A stretch of 64,000 nt of DNA from positions 12,338,001-12,402,000 of the forward strand of contig CM022679.1 of the NCBI GenBank assembly GCA_012295275.1. Direction: 5' to 3'. The notes under the pieces were generated by a model that made no database searches, was not told the DNA's origin, and worked only from the letters and a program-made list of their open reading frames with translations. This DNA is from Chrysomallon squamiferum (Eukaryota; Animalia; Mollusca). Each line of letters opens with the position of its first letter. Positions within the stretch are counted from its first letter, which is position 1. Below are positions 50,783 to 64,000 of this stretch, one piece after another. A program made the position numbers and the translations under genes.

Positions 50783-51497
50783 CAGTATTCCCTCGCTATT
50801 CGCGGGGGTTACGTTCTTTACCCCCCCGCGAATAGCGAAAAACCGCGAATATTGGATGCAGTTTTAAAACGTCTATTATGAGATTATATACGGTACTAAA
50901 TGCTTCCCAAACACTTTCTAAAGACACTCTTACTCATTAATACAGTAATAATGTAGTAATATTGCATGCAGTTATGTATTTCACTAATGTAGTAATGATA
51001 ATGTAAACACATTTTAATTTTGTACTGAAACAATATTTTAATCAGAAAGAAACGTAAGTACAGGAGGACAGTAACACCGCATAGCATAGTTACCCATACA
51101 GTATTACTGTACCGTAAAGTCATTTTCTATGCGTACAACATATGTATTAGAATTGACAGAAAGTGGAACAAATTTAAAGGCAAACAGACAGATAAATACA
51201 GTACGCACAGTTCAGGTAATAATAATACAATTCAGTAATAATATGCAATTAAAAACATTATTAATAGACGGTCACAAAAAATATGCCCTGTACATACAGT
51301 GTATGCATTTATAAAAAAATACGTATTGCAATAATAATTGAAAATATTTGATATTGTTTGTGCGGTTTACCGAGCATTTGTTTTTATGACGTTATGACGC
51401 TCGCCTGGTATACCAGCATACGATGCGATAGGGTTAAGAGCCTAACCCGCGAATATGCGGGGCCGCGAATGGGGAACCGCGAACAGGTGAGGGTATA

Positions 51498-51500
<3 letters not shown>
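50783..51500. mobile_element. pogo/Tigger-like (Tc1/mariner superfamily) non-autonomous MITE, 718 bp
   Basis: Left end CAGTATTCCCTCGCTATTCGCGG versus reverse complement of right end CAGTATACCCTCACCTGTTCGCGG. TA on both flanks, empty site in units 1 and 2, no transposase ORF. Confidence 0.88.
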
Positions 51501-51535
<35 letters not shown>

Positions 51536-51864
51536 GTGTGCCTATCTATGTACGAATATGTTTTTCTTGGTCTATATGTCTGCCTACCTATATTCCTGTA
51601 TGGTATTAACGTAAGTTTAAAAGCTGATAACATTAAAGATCCCGTCTTTATTAATATTTCCTCAGCATAAGCTAAACTATAATGACTAGTGACGTCATAA
51701 ACGTTTTACGTCATTTGTTATTCCTGTTACAGGTTTCCAAATCCTTGTTTCCAATGTTCATTTTTTACGGAATTGAGAAAGGTAAGCCAGTTAAATCAAT
51801 TAGCTGTATACTAAAGAAGACCCATTTGTCTGCATGATATCTTTTATACATTAAGTATGAATTT

Positions 51865-51953
<89 letters not shown>

Positions 51954-52079
51954 CTCTCTCTCTCTCACGCACACCCACACACACACACAGACGCAGAGAC
52001 AGACAGAGAGACAACCATCTCTTACAATAATTCATAAAATTTACTCAAAAAAAATAAAATAAAATAAAATAAATAAATA

Positions 52080-52148
<69 letters not shown>

Positions 52149-52313
52149 TAATAATTCCTATTCTTCAACTTGAAAATAAATGGAGGCCAATAGTTGTTTA
52201 TTTAATTTTAAGAATTTCCCAGATATAATATCAGCCGAAATTTAGCCAATTTCATAATTGATATTCAGGAAAAGTGTTTGTTTTGATTTTATCTAGAACA
52301 ACAGTTGATCGCC

Positions 52314-52349
52314 ATGGAGAAGTCCAGTGATCCACATACTTCCAGTAAG

Positions 52350-52410
<61 letters not shown>

Positions 52411-54173
52411 GTTTGTTAGTTAGTTATTTAGTTATTTTTGAGAGATACATACATTCATAGAAACTGTTGAGATGATTAGTTTGTGTTTACCAACCACTAA
52501 TACAGTTATCTACATATTCATATTAGTTTACATTATCATTACATAGAAAAATTCTGTTTACCTCGTTTTTAAACAATTTCATGCAATTTCTCAAGGCAGC
52601 GATGAACCGAGAGATCTAAAGAATAATCATAATTGGTAAGACAGGATCTGGTAAGAGCTCTATGGGTAACAGTATTCTGGGATGTAAGAAATTCGACAGC
52701 AGTCTGTTTGGCAGCAGCAAAACTGCTCAGTGTTCGTACGGATCACTTCTGAATGATCGCACAGTCGTGAGAGTCGTAGACACTCCTGGGTTCTTCTGCA
52801 CTAACAAAAGTAAAGAAGAACTCACGAACGAAGTTACGAGAGGGATGCGACTTGTAGCGCCAGGACCCAATGCTTTTCTCTTCACTTTTCCCATCGGCAG
52901 TCGATGGACGGTAGAAGCAGAAGCCACACTCGAAAGAGCCTACGAACTGTTCGGAAAAGAAATGAAGAAGTTCTGCATTCTGGTGTTCACAAAAAGCGAC
53001 GAACTACGACTGAGTGGTTTGACCGAACGTCAGTATTTGTCAGAACAGAAGCAGATGAAAAATGTAATTAAAGAATTTGGTGAAAGGGTATTATTTTTCG
53101 ACAATCGCACCAGCGTTGATCGTTTGAAGATTGCTCAGGTACATAAATTATTGGTGATGGTCATGGATATTTATCGCCAAAACGGCTTCTACACTTCTGA
53201 AACGTTTGCTACAGCGGAAGAGGAAATGCTGCGTTTAGATGAAGTATACCTGCAAAAATACGAAAAGCAGATAAGTAATGAAAAGGCAAAAGCTAAAACA
53301 AACGAGGAACGTGATTTACTTGACAAGACTTGGAGGCAAAGAGCTCGTGAAAATTCCTGTCAGAACATTATAAGAGGTGTTGGCTTTTCGACGCCTGTAA
53401 AATTAGCCATTGCTGCTGGAGCAGTGGGGATTTTTGCTGCAGCTATTCTGCTGGGACCTAGACCCGCTGGATTAGCTTTTTTTGGAGTTCATATAGTGAA
53501 AAAGGTTTCAGAAACAGGGGCTAAAGGTGTTATGAATGTAGGTGTTGCATCAGCTAAATTTGCAGGTAATGCTCTTGCTGTAACGGGAAAATCTGTGGTA
53601 ATGGCGGGTGCAGCGACAGGGAAAGCTATTGTAAGGGTTGGTGCTGCAACTGGGCAAGCTATTGCTAGGGCGGACCCCGACACCGTAGACGTCATTGTAA
53701 GAAGAGGTGTTCGTGTAGTGAAGACGTTTCTGACTTCGGATGTCGATCGTGAATCAGAGGATCGCAGGATAATATCTGACGACGAAGGATCAAGGGCAAA
53801 GCTTGCTATAACGGAGACCGGTTATTCAGAGAGGTCTGGGTCAGTATCTGATACACAAGGCAGTGAACGTCGAGACAATGTGCAGACAACATCTAATGGA
53901 AGAAACACACAAAACAAAAACAAAGAAATCACGACGGAAATTGCAACGACGTCTGGTTATGCCACAAATACTGAACATCGAGGCTTGCAGACAGAGTCTG
54001 AAGTAAACAGCGAACAAGACGACGATAATGAACCTACTCTGGGACTGGCAGATCTACCCGTTCCTGTAAAGGCTTCTGATTCTTCTTTGGATATAGATAT
54101 TCCGCAGTGGCCAGAAGAGTCTAAAAAAACGTCATCAAATGAAAGTAAAAGACAGATCGAAAACAAAGACTAG
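52314..54173 (+). pseudogene. GIMAP: GIMAP copy 3 with a +1 frameshift before the P-loop (exons 52314-52344 and 52596-54173); pseudogene or consensus error
   Basis: gagatctaaagaata versus gagatgtaagaata in copies 1 and 2; spliced length 1609 nt; the rest of the ORF is intact. Confidence 0.7.
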
Positions 54174-54918
54174 TCGCTGATGCTGCATCCGTAACGGCCG
54201 ACCCAGCAACGTTAATTATACATCTGTGTCTACCACAACGTTCAAAAAGTATCAGACAATTACTAGGGAAAATAACAGAGCAAAAAAAAAAATAATAATA
54301 AAAATAAATATAACTTCTCACAGAACGAAAAAAGTAAAAAGTATTAATTTTGTTTTCCTAATATCAAGTTATTATTTCACTTTTATATAATGCAAATCAC
54401 TATTTGAAATATTGTTCCCGTTCTATCTTTAAGCATTTGTACTATTTATAGTTCTTTCCATACTATCTGAAATGGTTTGATGTAAATATGTTTACTTAGC
54501 TTGCAGTATTTTATAGGTTTTTTTGAATTTTTGAATTTTACTTTATTATTATTATTATTTTTTTTTTAATAGAAGAATGTTATTTAGAAGTAAAATAGAA
54601 ATATAGAGATTTATAATTTTTTAAACTGTGTTCAGCTGTATTTGTTTGTTAGACCCAGTCTATATGCTGAAATTACTGATAAGATATACAAAAAAAAGGT
54701 TTAGATTTTGATAAAGATTGTACAAAAGTAGTGATAAAACTAGAATAAGACAAAATAGAAAAGAAGAAGAAAAATAAATATACAACTGAAAATTAATATT
54801 AAAATTATATCACCAGTATTAACGTATTAACGTATCTATTGTATTCATATTATTTGTTTGTTTACATGTTGGTTATTTGGATGGCTGGTTGCTTTATTTT
54901 ATTTATTTATTTATTTAC

Positions 54919-54970
<52 letters not shown>

Positions 54971-55443
54971 TTGACCATTTTTCCAGATTAAAATAAAATG
55001 TATAATAATTAAGAGTACGCAGTACACATAAATGAATCTTTAAGTTCTTGAAGATGAATCTTTCAAAAGATATTGGGTTAAAGGAAACATTGCACGATAA
55101 CCTATTTTCTGATCAAAGTAAGCATGAACTGTGACCGCTTAAAATAGATAGCCTGGTCGAAGGGGAGATAATCAATAAAAATGTGAAATGTGGCATATTA
55201 TAAAACATGGTTATCTTTAAGTAAACAAAGAGTTAAAATAAATCCAGAAATACATTTGAAGGAAAATATCTTTAATTTATAGCAGAATTGTTTGCAGTAT
55301 ATAATTTCTTAAGCAGGTCTGTGTAAAACAAAATTTAAAAAAGAGAAACAGCCAAAAGCGAATTGTATGTATCGTGTGAATTACGAAGGTAGAAGACAAC
55401 ATGATTATAGAAAAATATACCTCAAAAGAGAATATATACAAAT

Positions 55444-55548
<105 letters not shown>

Positions 55549-56223
55549 ATCGCATATTAACAACATTTTATTAGTAAAGTTAATATTGATACATGTCATT
55601 ACTAGCTAGCATAAATGTCTCATTTATAATAACCAAATTTACTAAAACATCGATCAAACTGAAACGTACCAGCTTCAAAATATTGCCATTAAATAATTAT
55701 ATGTACAAGTGTATGTGTGCGATCTTTTGAAATGGTTAATATATAAATATAATATTATATTTCCATTAGTTCTATGATCTGATTAACATACATATAAAAT
55801 CAGTGCTGAGGGATAAATTATGGTTTGAAATCTGATTAATCCATCTAAGTAATTAAGGTATTATGTTACACTTTAAAATCTAATTAATATATATATAATA
55901 AAAGGATACAAACGTATATTATTACATATAGTGTCAGTGATTGTGTGCGAGCGTGTGTATGTATGTGTGTTTGTGTATGTGTTTGTGTGTGTTTGTGTTT
56001 CTAGATATAGAGTTAAGCTTCCATTTAACAGACTAAAACATATGTGGTGTGTGTGTGTGTATATTATGTATGTATGTATATATACACACACATTTATACG
56101 AAGTAAAATTATTTAGTCTTTTGTCACATATATAAAAAGATCAGTCGTAAATAAACAGCAGAACGTTTCTGTTCACAGTGTTTAAGTCTCGGTTCAGCAG
56201 TTCCAGTATCTGACGTGTATTAC

Positions 56224-58254
56224 TTAAGGAATGTGAAATAGCTTGATACTAGCATTTCCGAAGGAGAGCATATTTGAAACAGCCATCGTATTTCCTTTTA
56301 CTGATATACAACACGGCGATTTAATACCAGCCTCGGAATTTAAAATTTCATCCACCTTTTCCTGACGTATATCGACTCTGAGGATGTTGTTCATCTTAGA
56401 GTCAGCTACGTAAACGAGGCCGTTGACATGACATGCGATGGTGCACGAATCCGACATTCTGTCCAGGCTGATGGACTTGTTGTATTTTGTATCACAGTTG
56501 AATACAACAAGTTTCTTCGCGATGTTGTCGAATACTATAATTTCCCCATCAGGACCTACAGTAATAGAAGCAGCATTCTGGAATGTACCATCTGCATTTT
56601 TGGCTTTTCCACTGATATTGAAAGGTCTTCGCCACTGAGCATCAAATCCAGTTACTGTGTTCTTCTCTGCATCTGAAATGATGATTTCTTCTTTCGAATT
56701 GAATACTATGGCCTGAATGCAAGACTTGGATCTGCTGTAGCTGTGTCTGTGAGTCAAACAAGTGGCTTCTCTCTCGGGCTGCAGATCGTGAAGGGACAGA
56801 ATATTCAGATTATCATCTTCTTTCAGTGCTACTCCGCATTTATCTTTAGCGGAAACGGCAAAAGCTGAAATATTTCTTCGTCTATGGTAAATAACCTGCT
56901 GGTTGTCTGTTGATCGGCTGAGAACTACTTGTCCCAAACCATGAGCATTGAAGGCGCATATGACGACTCCGTCTTTCGTTGTTCCAACTCCAACCATGGT
57001 TAAAGTAGTTCCATCTATTGCACTTGTTACGAGATGCTCCGCTACCTCTTGCGGTGTTGATGAAACCTCTTTGATTCGTGTAACTGACATTTCGCTGTTG
57101 TTTGAGGATGCTTCTTCACTGTCAGATAAATCGTCTGCGTAGGGAATCGGTCCACGGTCATCGTTGTTGTAATCAGGAATGGTTAGGCGAGGATTGATGG
57201 ACCCGACTGGCAACCAGTCTGAAGCTTTTTGGAAACAGTAATCGTCCAGTTGAATGGATTCGTGAAATACGCAATTATTTGCTGATAACTTCTTACGTTC
57301 TCGCAGTCGTTTCACCAGACTGTCGCCAGACGCCTGGAAAAGACTGCCATTTCTAAGAGACGACAGAGTCTCTCTAGCCTCATTAAGAGAAACAGCCACG
57401 GCCTCAAACTTGAACTTGGTTGAAGCTTTAGTATCTTTCAAGTGTCTCATATTTTGATCATGTCGATAACTTAACTGATTTAAAGTTTCTTCTTCAGATT
57501 TGGATATCCATTTACGATAGGCCTCTGCTTGTTCTTTAATCTTACTCTTTTCTGCATGATATTTGTTTTTTTCTTTATCCAAAAGCGAGTCAATTTCAGA
57601 TAAAAAGCCCCGGATACGTCCATGATTTTCTTCAAGTTTTTTAATGCGGTCATTTGTTTCCTTAATGAAGGAGTCACTGGCTTCTTCGGCAGCTACAACT
57701 TTATGAGATGTTTTGTTAGCGTGGTGTTTGGTTGCACACAGAGGACACGTGGGTTCTAAACACTTTGTACAAAAATGTGAAAGGTGTTGGTTCTGATGAA
57801 CAGGACATTTTATGGTGTTTGGATTCCTCACAACTGAAGAGATGACGTGACTGGGAAATAAAACGCCGTGTACCTTCGCACATTCTTGGCACAAGTCCGC
57901 AGAACACTGACCGCACCGTCTTGCCTCAGTGATTGTTTTCTCGCAAACATCACAGCAAAATTTTTTCAGCATAAGTTCCACTTCGTAAAAAGCTGTTTTA
58001 GCCTGATTGGCCATAAAGACAGGAGGGTATTCTTGCACTCCTAATTTTGGAACGTCACAGACTTTAGAACAAACAGGACATGTCAGTGTGGTAGATCTTG
58101 ATGCGAATGCGACCTGGAATTTGTGTTGTAGAGGTTCAATGCATTGCAGGCAAAATGTGTGTCCACAAGGAATCAGTTTTGGTTCTTTGAATTCCTGTTT
58201 ACAGACTGGACAGTGTCGTAAATCATCAAAATGCTTTAGGATATTTCTAGACAT
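56224..58254 (-). CDS. TRIM E3 ligase copy 3, 676 aa
   Basis: Intact ORF; 3-bp deletion (KEVYRST to KEVSST). Confidence 0.93.
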   Translation of the reverse strand: MSRNILKHFDDLRHCPVCKQEFKEPKLIPCGHTFCLQCIEPLQHKFQVAFASRSTTLTCPVCSKVCDVPKLGVQEYPPVFMANQAKTAFYEVELMLKKFCCDVCEKTITEARRCGQCSADLCQECAKVHGVLFPSHVISSVVRNPNTIKCPVHQNQHLSHFCTKCLEPTCPLCATKHHANKTSHKVVAAEEASDSFIKETNDRIKKLEENHGRIRGFLSEIDSLLDKEKNKYHAEKSKIKEQAEAYRKWISKSEEETLNQLSYRHDQNMRHLKDTKASTKFKFEAVAVSLNEARETLSSLRNGSLFQASGDSLVKRLRERKKLSANNCVFHESIQLDDYCFQKASDWLPVGSINPRLTIPDYNNDDRGPIPYADDLSDSEEASSNNSEMSVTRIKEVSSTPQEVAEHLVTSAIDGTTLTMVGVGTTKDGVVICAFNAHGLGQVVLSRSTDNQQVIYHRRRNISAFAVSAKDKCGVALKEDDNLNILSLHDLQPEREATCLTHRHSYSRSKSCIQAIVFNSKEEIIISDAEKNTVTGFDAQWRRPFNISGKAKNADGTFQNAASITVGPDGEIIVFDNIAKKLVVFNCDTKYNKSISLDRMSDSCTIACHVNGLVYVADSKMNNILRVDIRQEKVDEILNSEAGIKSPCCISVKGNTMAVSNMLSFGNASIKLFHIP

Positions 58255-58511
58255 CTTCTATTTCTTCCACTATTTCGTTAATCAGTTTCTAAACTATTCT
58301 GAATATGTTTCCAGTGTCACAACTCTGAAAAATATAATGAATGTATATATATATAAAAAACATTTCTGTGTAAAGGTGCATGGTCTCGAACGAAATAATT
58401 ACATACATGAATACATGCATACATGAATACAGGCAAAAACAAGCTCAATTTACTGTCGGTGATAATTAAATGGAAGGTTAACTCTATACGTAGAGAGAGA
58501 AACACACACAC

Positions 58512-58542
<31 letters not shown>

Positions 58543-58587
58543 CACTGTCACACACACAGACACACACACACACATATATTTTGATAA

Positions 58588-58622
<35 letters not shown>

Positions 58623-59458
58623 CATATATAAATGAATGCATGAATACATCAAAACATCCATCCATCCATCCATCGACACATATTAAAAGCTTTTGTTAGA
58701 GATATTCTTATTTACAATGATGCAGTCATTATACTGGATGACCTAGATATGTCACAATCTTCATTTTGCATCGCTATTAATTCTGATCGTCCTGCGGTGA
58801 AACAGGATCGACCGAATCCGTAGAAAATAATGAAAATAATTGTGTTTCTTTGTTTTCTTTATAAAACAACTTAAAACCGGAAAAATCGCAACACAAATCG
58901 ACAAACAGAAATTAATTTTTGGGAAATATCTGCGCATTCCTTGGGGATGCAATATGTCGTGACTCTGTAATAAACGATTTTTAAAAATAGCCCTGTTATA
59001 TCTTACAAAGAAGTGTATCATGTTACGATGAAAGATAAGGTTATGAAAAGAAGATTCGGTTGTAAATAGATATATAATGCAAAAACATGCACATACAATA
59101 CAGCTTGCATTACAGACACACATATACACACACACAAACACACACATAAACACATAAATACATACATACATACATACATATATCTATCTATCTCTCTATG
59201 TGTGTGCATCGCTATTAGATCTTTCACAGCAAAATCAGTCAAAGTTTAATAGTTTTAAATAAGTCTGATGTATTATTATTACTATCTAAAGTACCACCTT
59301 CAAAATTTAACAGAGCATGTATATGTGTGATCCTGTGAAATAACTGTATACGTAGAAGCACACACACACACACACATACATACATATACCTAGATATATA
59401 AATACATACATGAATACATGTATACATACATACATACATACATACATACATACATACA

Positions 59459-59492
<34 letters not shown>

Positions 59493-60139
59493 CAGAGAGA
59501 GAAAAAGAGAGAGAGAGTATGTATGTGTGTGCTTGGTAAGAGTGTGTGTTAAAGATCTTTCACAGCAAAATCAGTCAAAGTTTAATAGTTTTAAATCAGT
59601 CTGACGTATTATTATTACTATCTAAAGTACCACCTTCAAAATTTAACAGAACATGTATATGTGTGATCCTGTGAAATGACTGTACACGTAGAAACATACA
59701 CTCTCACACACATACACACATATATAGATACATATACATACATATATGAGACAATCTTCGTTTTGCATCGCTATTAATTCTGATCGTTCTGCGGTGAAAC
59801 AGGACCGAATCCATAGAAAATAATGAAAATAATTGTATTTCTTTGTTTTCTTTATAAAACAACTTAAAACCGAAAAAATCGCAACACAAATCGGCAAACA
59901 GAAAATAGCTTTCGGGGAATATCCGAATGTTCTGCGCGTTCGTTGGGGATGCAATATGTCGTGACTCTAATAAACGACTTTTAAAAATAGCTCAATAATA
60001 TCTTACAAAGCTGTTTTATCTGTGTGAAGTGTTTCATATGACGATAAAAGATAAGATTATGAAAAGAAGACCCGGTTGTAGATAGATATATAATGCAAAA
60101 ACATACACATACAATACAGCTCGCATGACACACACACAG

Positions 60140-60185
<46 letters not shown>

Positions 60186-60215
60186 CTATCTCTCTGTGTG
60201 AATATATGCATATAG

Positions 60216-60345
<130 letters not shown>

Positions 60346-61648
60346 TGTGTGTGCTCGGTGTGTGTGTGTTAAAGATCTTTCACAGCTAAATCAGTCAAAG
60401 TTTAACAGTTTTATTATTTATTATTATTACTATCTAAATTACCACCTTCAGAATTTAACAGAGAATGTATACGTATGATCCTGTGAAATGACTGTATATG
60501 TAGAAACACACACACAGATATACATACATTATATATAAATACATACATATACACATAGATAGATAAATGCATGCATGCATACATCAATACATCATCCTTC
60601 CAACCTTTTGTTAGCGATAATGTTACAAAAATCTAGCATTATCATGGATGACCTATATAGGAGACACATATGCATGAATCCATGCATATATAAACACATA
60701 GATCAATATTTACATAGAAATATGCGAACAAACACGCCTACAAACATGTACGTACCTACATATTTGCATACAAACCTATCCACTCGACCTTTCGTGTAAT
60801 GAATCCCTATTAAAAATATTCTCGAATCTAGGGAAATTCCACCCGTAAGTTAGCGAAACGCTCCATGTGTGGATTTATCTTTAGATACAAAACATTGTTC
60901 TTATTGTTTGTGCTTTGTCAGATCCACTGTATGATCAGGGCAAAACAAACATACATACATTCATAGATACATACATACATACATACATACATACATACAT
61001 AAATACATACATCCCAACATCCACCCATACATACAACGGTAACATCAGCCGCCTTCGCAGTGCGGGCGAATGGGTGCCGGGTTTGTGACGTTGTGTTTGG
61101 ACTCGAATATCATCTATGTGCAGAATCTATTCAGACGTACATAAGACAGAGAATAAGAAAAAATACTAAACCATATATATATATATACCCACATAGATAC
61201 ATAAATGCATGCATGTATGCCTACATCAATCCATTCATTCATCCGCCCTCACATATTAAAAGTTTTTGTTAAAGATAATATTACTTACAAATTACTATAC
61301 TGGATGACCTACGTAGGAGAAAATCTTCGTTTTGCATCGGTGTTAATTCTGATCGTTCTATGGTGAAGCAGGACTGACAGAATCCACAGATAATAATGAA
61401 AATGATTATATTGTTACTTTGTTTTCTTTATAAAATATATCTAATCCACAAAACCCCAGCTAAAAAAAAAAAATGTTGCTGGGAATATCCAACAAACAGA
61501 AATTGTTGCTTGCGAATATCCGGTATGAAAAAAAATGTTGTTGGGAATATCCATTTTGTTCTGCGCATGCGTTAGATGATTTAAAAACAGCCCTATAAAA
61601 TCCGAATGTTTATATGTCATGAAGATGGGACTTAAAAAAAAATGGACT

Positions 61649-61685
<37 letters not shown>

Positions 61686-62451
61686 TATATATATATATAT
61701 ATATATATATGTGTGGGTGTGTGCTTGTGTGTGTGTGTGTGTTAAAGATCTTTCACAGCTAAATCAGTAAAATTTTAATAGTTAAATAAGTCTGACGTAT
61801 TATTATTACTATCTAGTATAAATGTCTGGTTTATAATTAGATACCAATAAATGGAAAAGTACCACCTTCAGAAGTTGACAGAGCAAGTATATGTGTGATC
61901 CTGTGAAATGACTATATTCGTAAAAACACACACACACATACACACACACACACACACACAGACACACACACACACACACACATATAAAAATATATATATA
62001 TATATATAAACATATACACATATATATATATATAAATGCATTCATATATCAATACATCATCCTTCCAAGCTTATTGAAATCTACCATTATATTGGATGAC
62101 CTGCATAGGAGACACACATGCTTGAATATATGCATATATACTCAGATAGATTTTTATATATTCTAGATAAATAACCAAAATTCCATTCCTATTCTGAATT
62201 TTTGGATTTATCTCTAGATAAATAACATTATTCTTATTTTGTGTGGTCAGCCCATTGTTCTATAAGGGCAAAATAAGCTTAATCAGGATTAGTAAAAACT
62301 GTTAAAAGTTAAAATAAATTTAGTTCTGTACATTATTAATATTAATATTTGTGCTATTTTTAACAAAGATGCGTACTTTTGATTTTTCGGACAACTTACC
62401 CCTCCTTTGTAGTCTGTTAAATGGATGCTTGACTGTAAGTAGACAAACACA

Positions 62452-62505
<54 letters not shown>

Positions 62506-62993
62506 TATAAACATATATAAATGAATGCATGCATACACCAAAACTTCCATCTATCCGTTCATGCATATTAAAAGATAATGTTACTTACAAAAATGCGGAT
62601 ATTATATTGAACAACCTTCACTGGAGACTATCTTCTTTATGCATCGCCATCCGTTAATTCTTATCGTTTTGTGGTGACAGAATCCACAGAAAATAATGAA
62701 AACATTTGTGTTACTGACGTTGTGTTCTTTATAAAACAAACGAAACACCGCACAAATAATCAAACAGAGCGTTGCTGTTGGGGAATACCCGAATATTCCA
62801 CGCATGCGTTGGGTGTACCTCACGTCCTGTTGATGTAACTAATGATTTTTAAAAATAGAATGTTGCGAAACTGGTTTATCTAAAAGTGCTCGTATTCATG
62901 TTACGATAAAAATAATGGTATGAAAACAAGATGGATTTGGTCGATCGAAAACCTGTTGCAGAGACATATAATACAGAAACATACACACGCATG

Positions 62994-63039
<46 letters not shown>

Positions 63040-63724
63040 TGTATATATGTATATATGTGAATATGGGTGTGTTTGTATATATATATACTGACATACACAC
63101 ATACAGAGACAGAGACAGAGACAGACAGAGAGAGAGAGATGGCTGGTTTTTGTTGAAAATATAACGTGAAAAATGTTTTAGTTATATTTAAACGTATATA
63201 AATAAAAGTGCTGAGTCATATTATCTTATTAATAGCTTTATAATTATATTAGAGCATTCATTTTTAATTTTTTCTTATTATTTCTTTCTTATTAGAATTT
63301 CCATTTTTGATTTATCGGGAGCAGCAGAATAATGACAATCGCATCAACAAAATAACAGGAACAAATCCGAAACACAACAATAACAATAATTCCGAAGTCT
63401 ACTTAAATACGAGATATTTTTACTCCTGTTGTTATTGGACACTCGTCAGTTATTTCCCTTGCATTGCAACGTTTTCTTATTTATTTATTTATTTATTTAT
63501 TATTTGTTTGGTTATTTGTTTGTTTGTTTAGTAGTTGACAAATACGTTTGAATATTCTTTTACAAATGTATGCTACTTAAAATTATTCAAGATTTTTTCG
63601 TTACAGAGATATAATTATCATTATGAATCTATATTTTCCAAAACATATCTAGCTGTATATTATGCTGCTGTAAGAAGTGAATCCAAGATATCTGAAATAG
63701 GGACGCAGTTATTATTGAGGATAA

Positions 63725-63863
<139 letters not shown>

Positions 63864-63866
63864 AAA

Positions 63867-63968
<102 letters not shown>

Positions 63969-64000
63969 TAGTAAATAGACAGATAGAGAAATAGATGCAT

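Overview
AT-rich, microsatellite-dense animal genomic DNA (mollusc-like; cephalopod is only a guess) with two parts. (1) 162-22528, minus strand: the 5' portion of a multi-exon uninflatable (uif)-like giant surface protein gene. Domains run signal peptide, C-type lectin, LDLa, 3 CUB, Sushi/CCP, EGF, HYR, and the gene continues off the left edge. (2) From 22431 to the window end: a tandem array of three ~13-14.5 kb units. Each unit carries a plus-strand GIMAP/AIG1 GTPase gene convergent with a minus-strand TRIM E3 ligase gene (RING-Bbox-Bbox-coiled coil-beta-propeller) whose CDS is a single exon. The duplication breakpoint lies in intron 1 of the uif-like gene, so the added units also carry a copy of the uif signal-peptide exon pointing at the preceding TRIM. 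Units differ by mostly non-synonymous substitutions, a pogo/Tigger-like MITE, deletions and nested promoter-like modules. The main candidate novel system is the co-amplified GIMAP-TRIM immune cassette. All coordinates and counts were read by eye.
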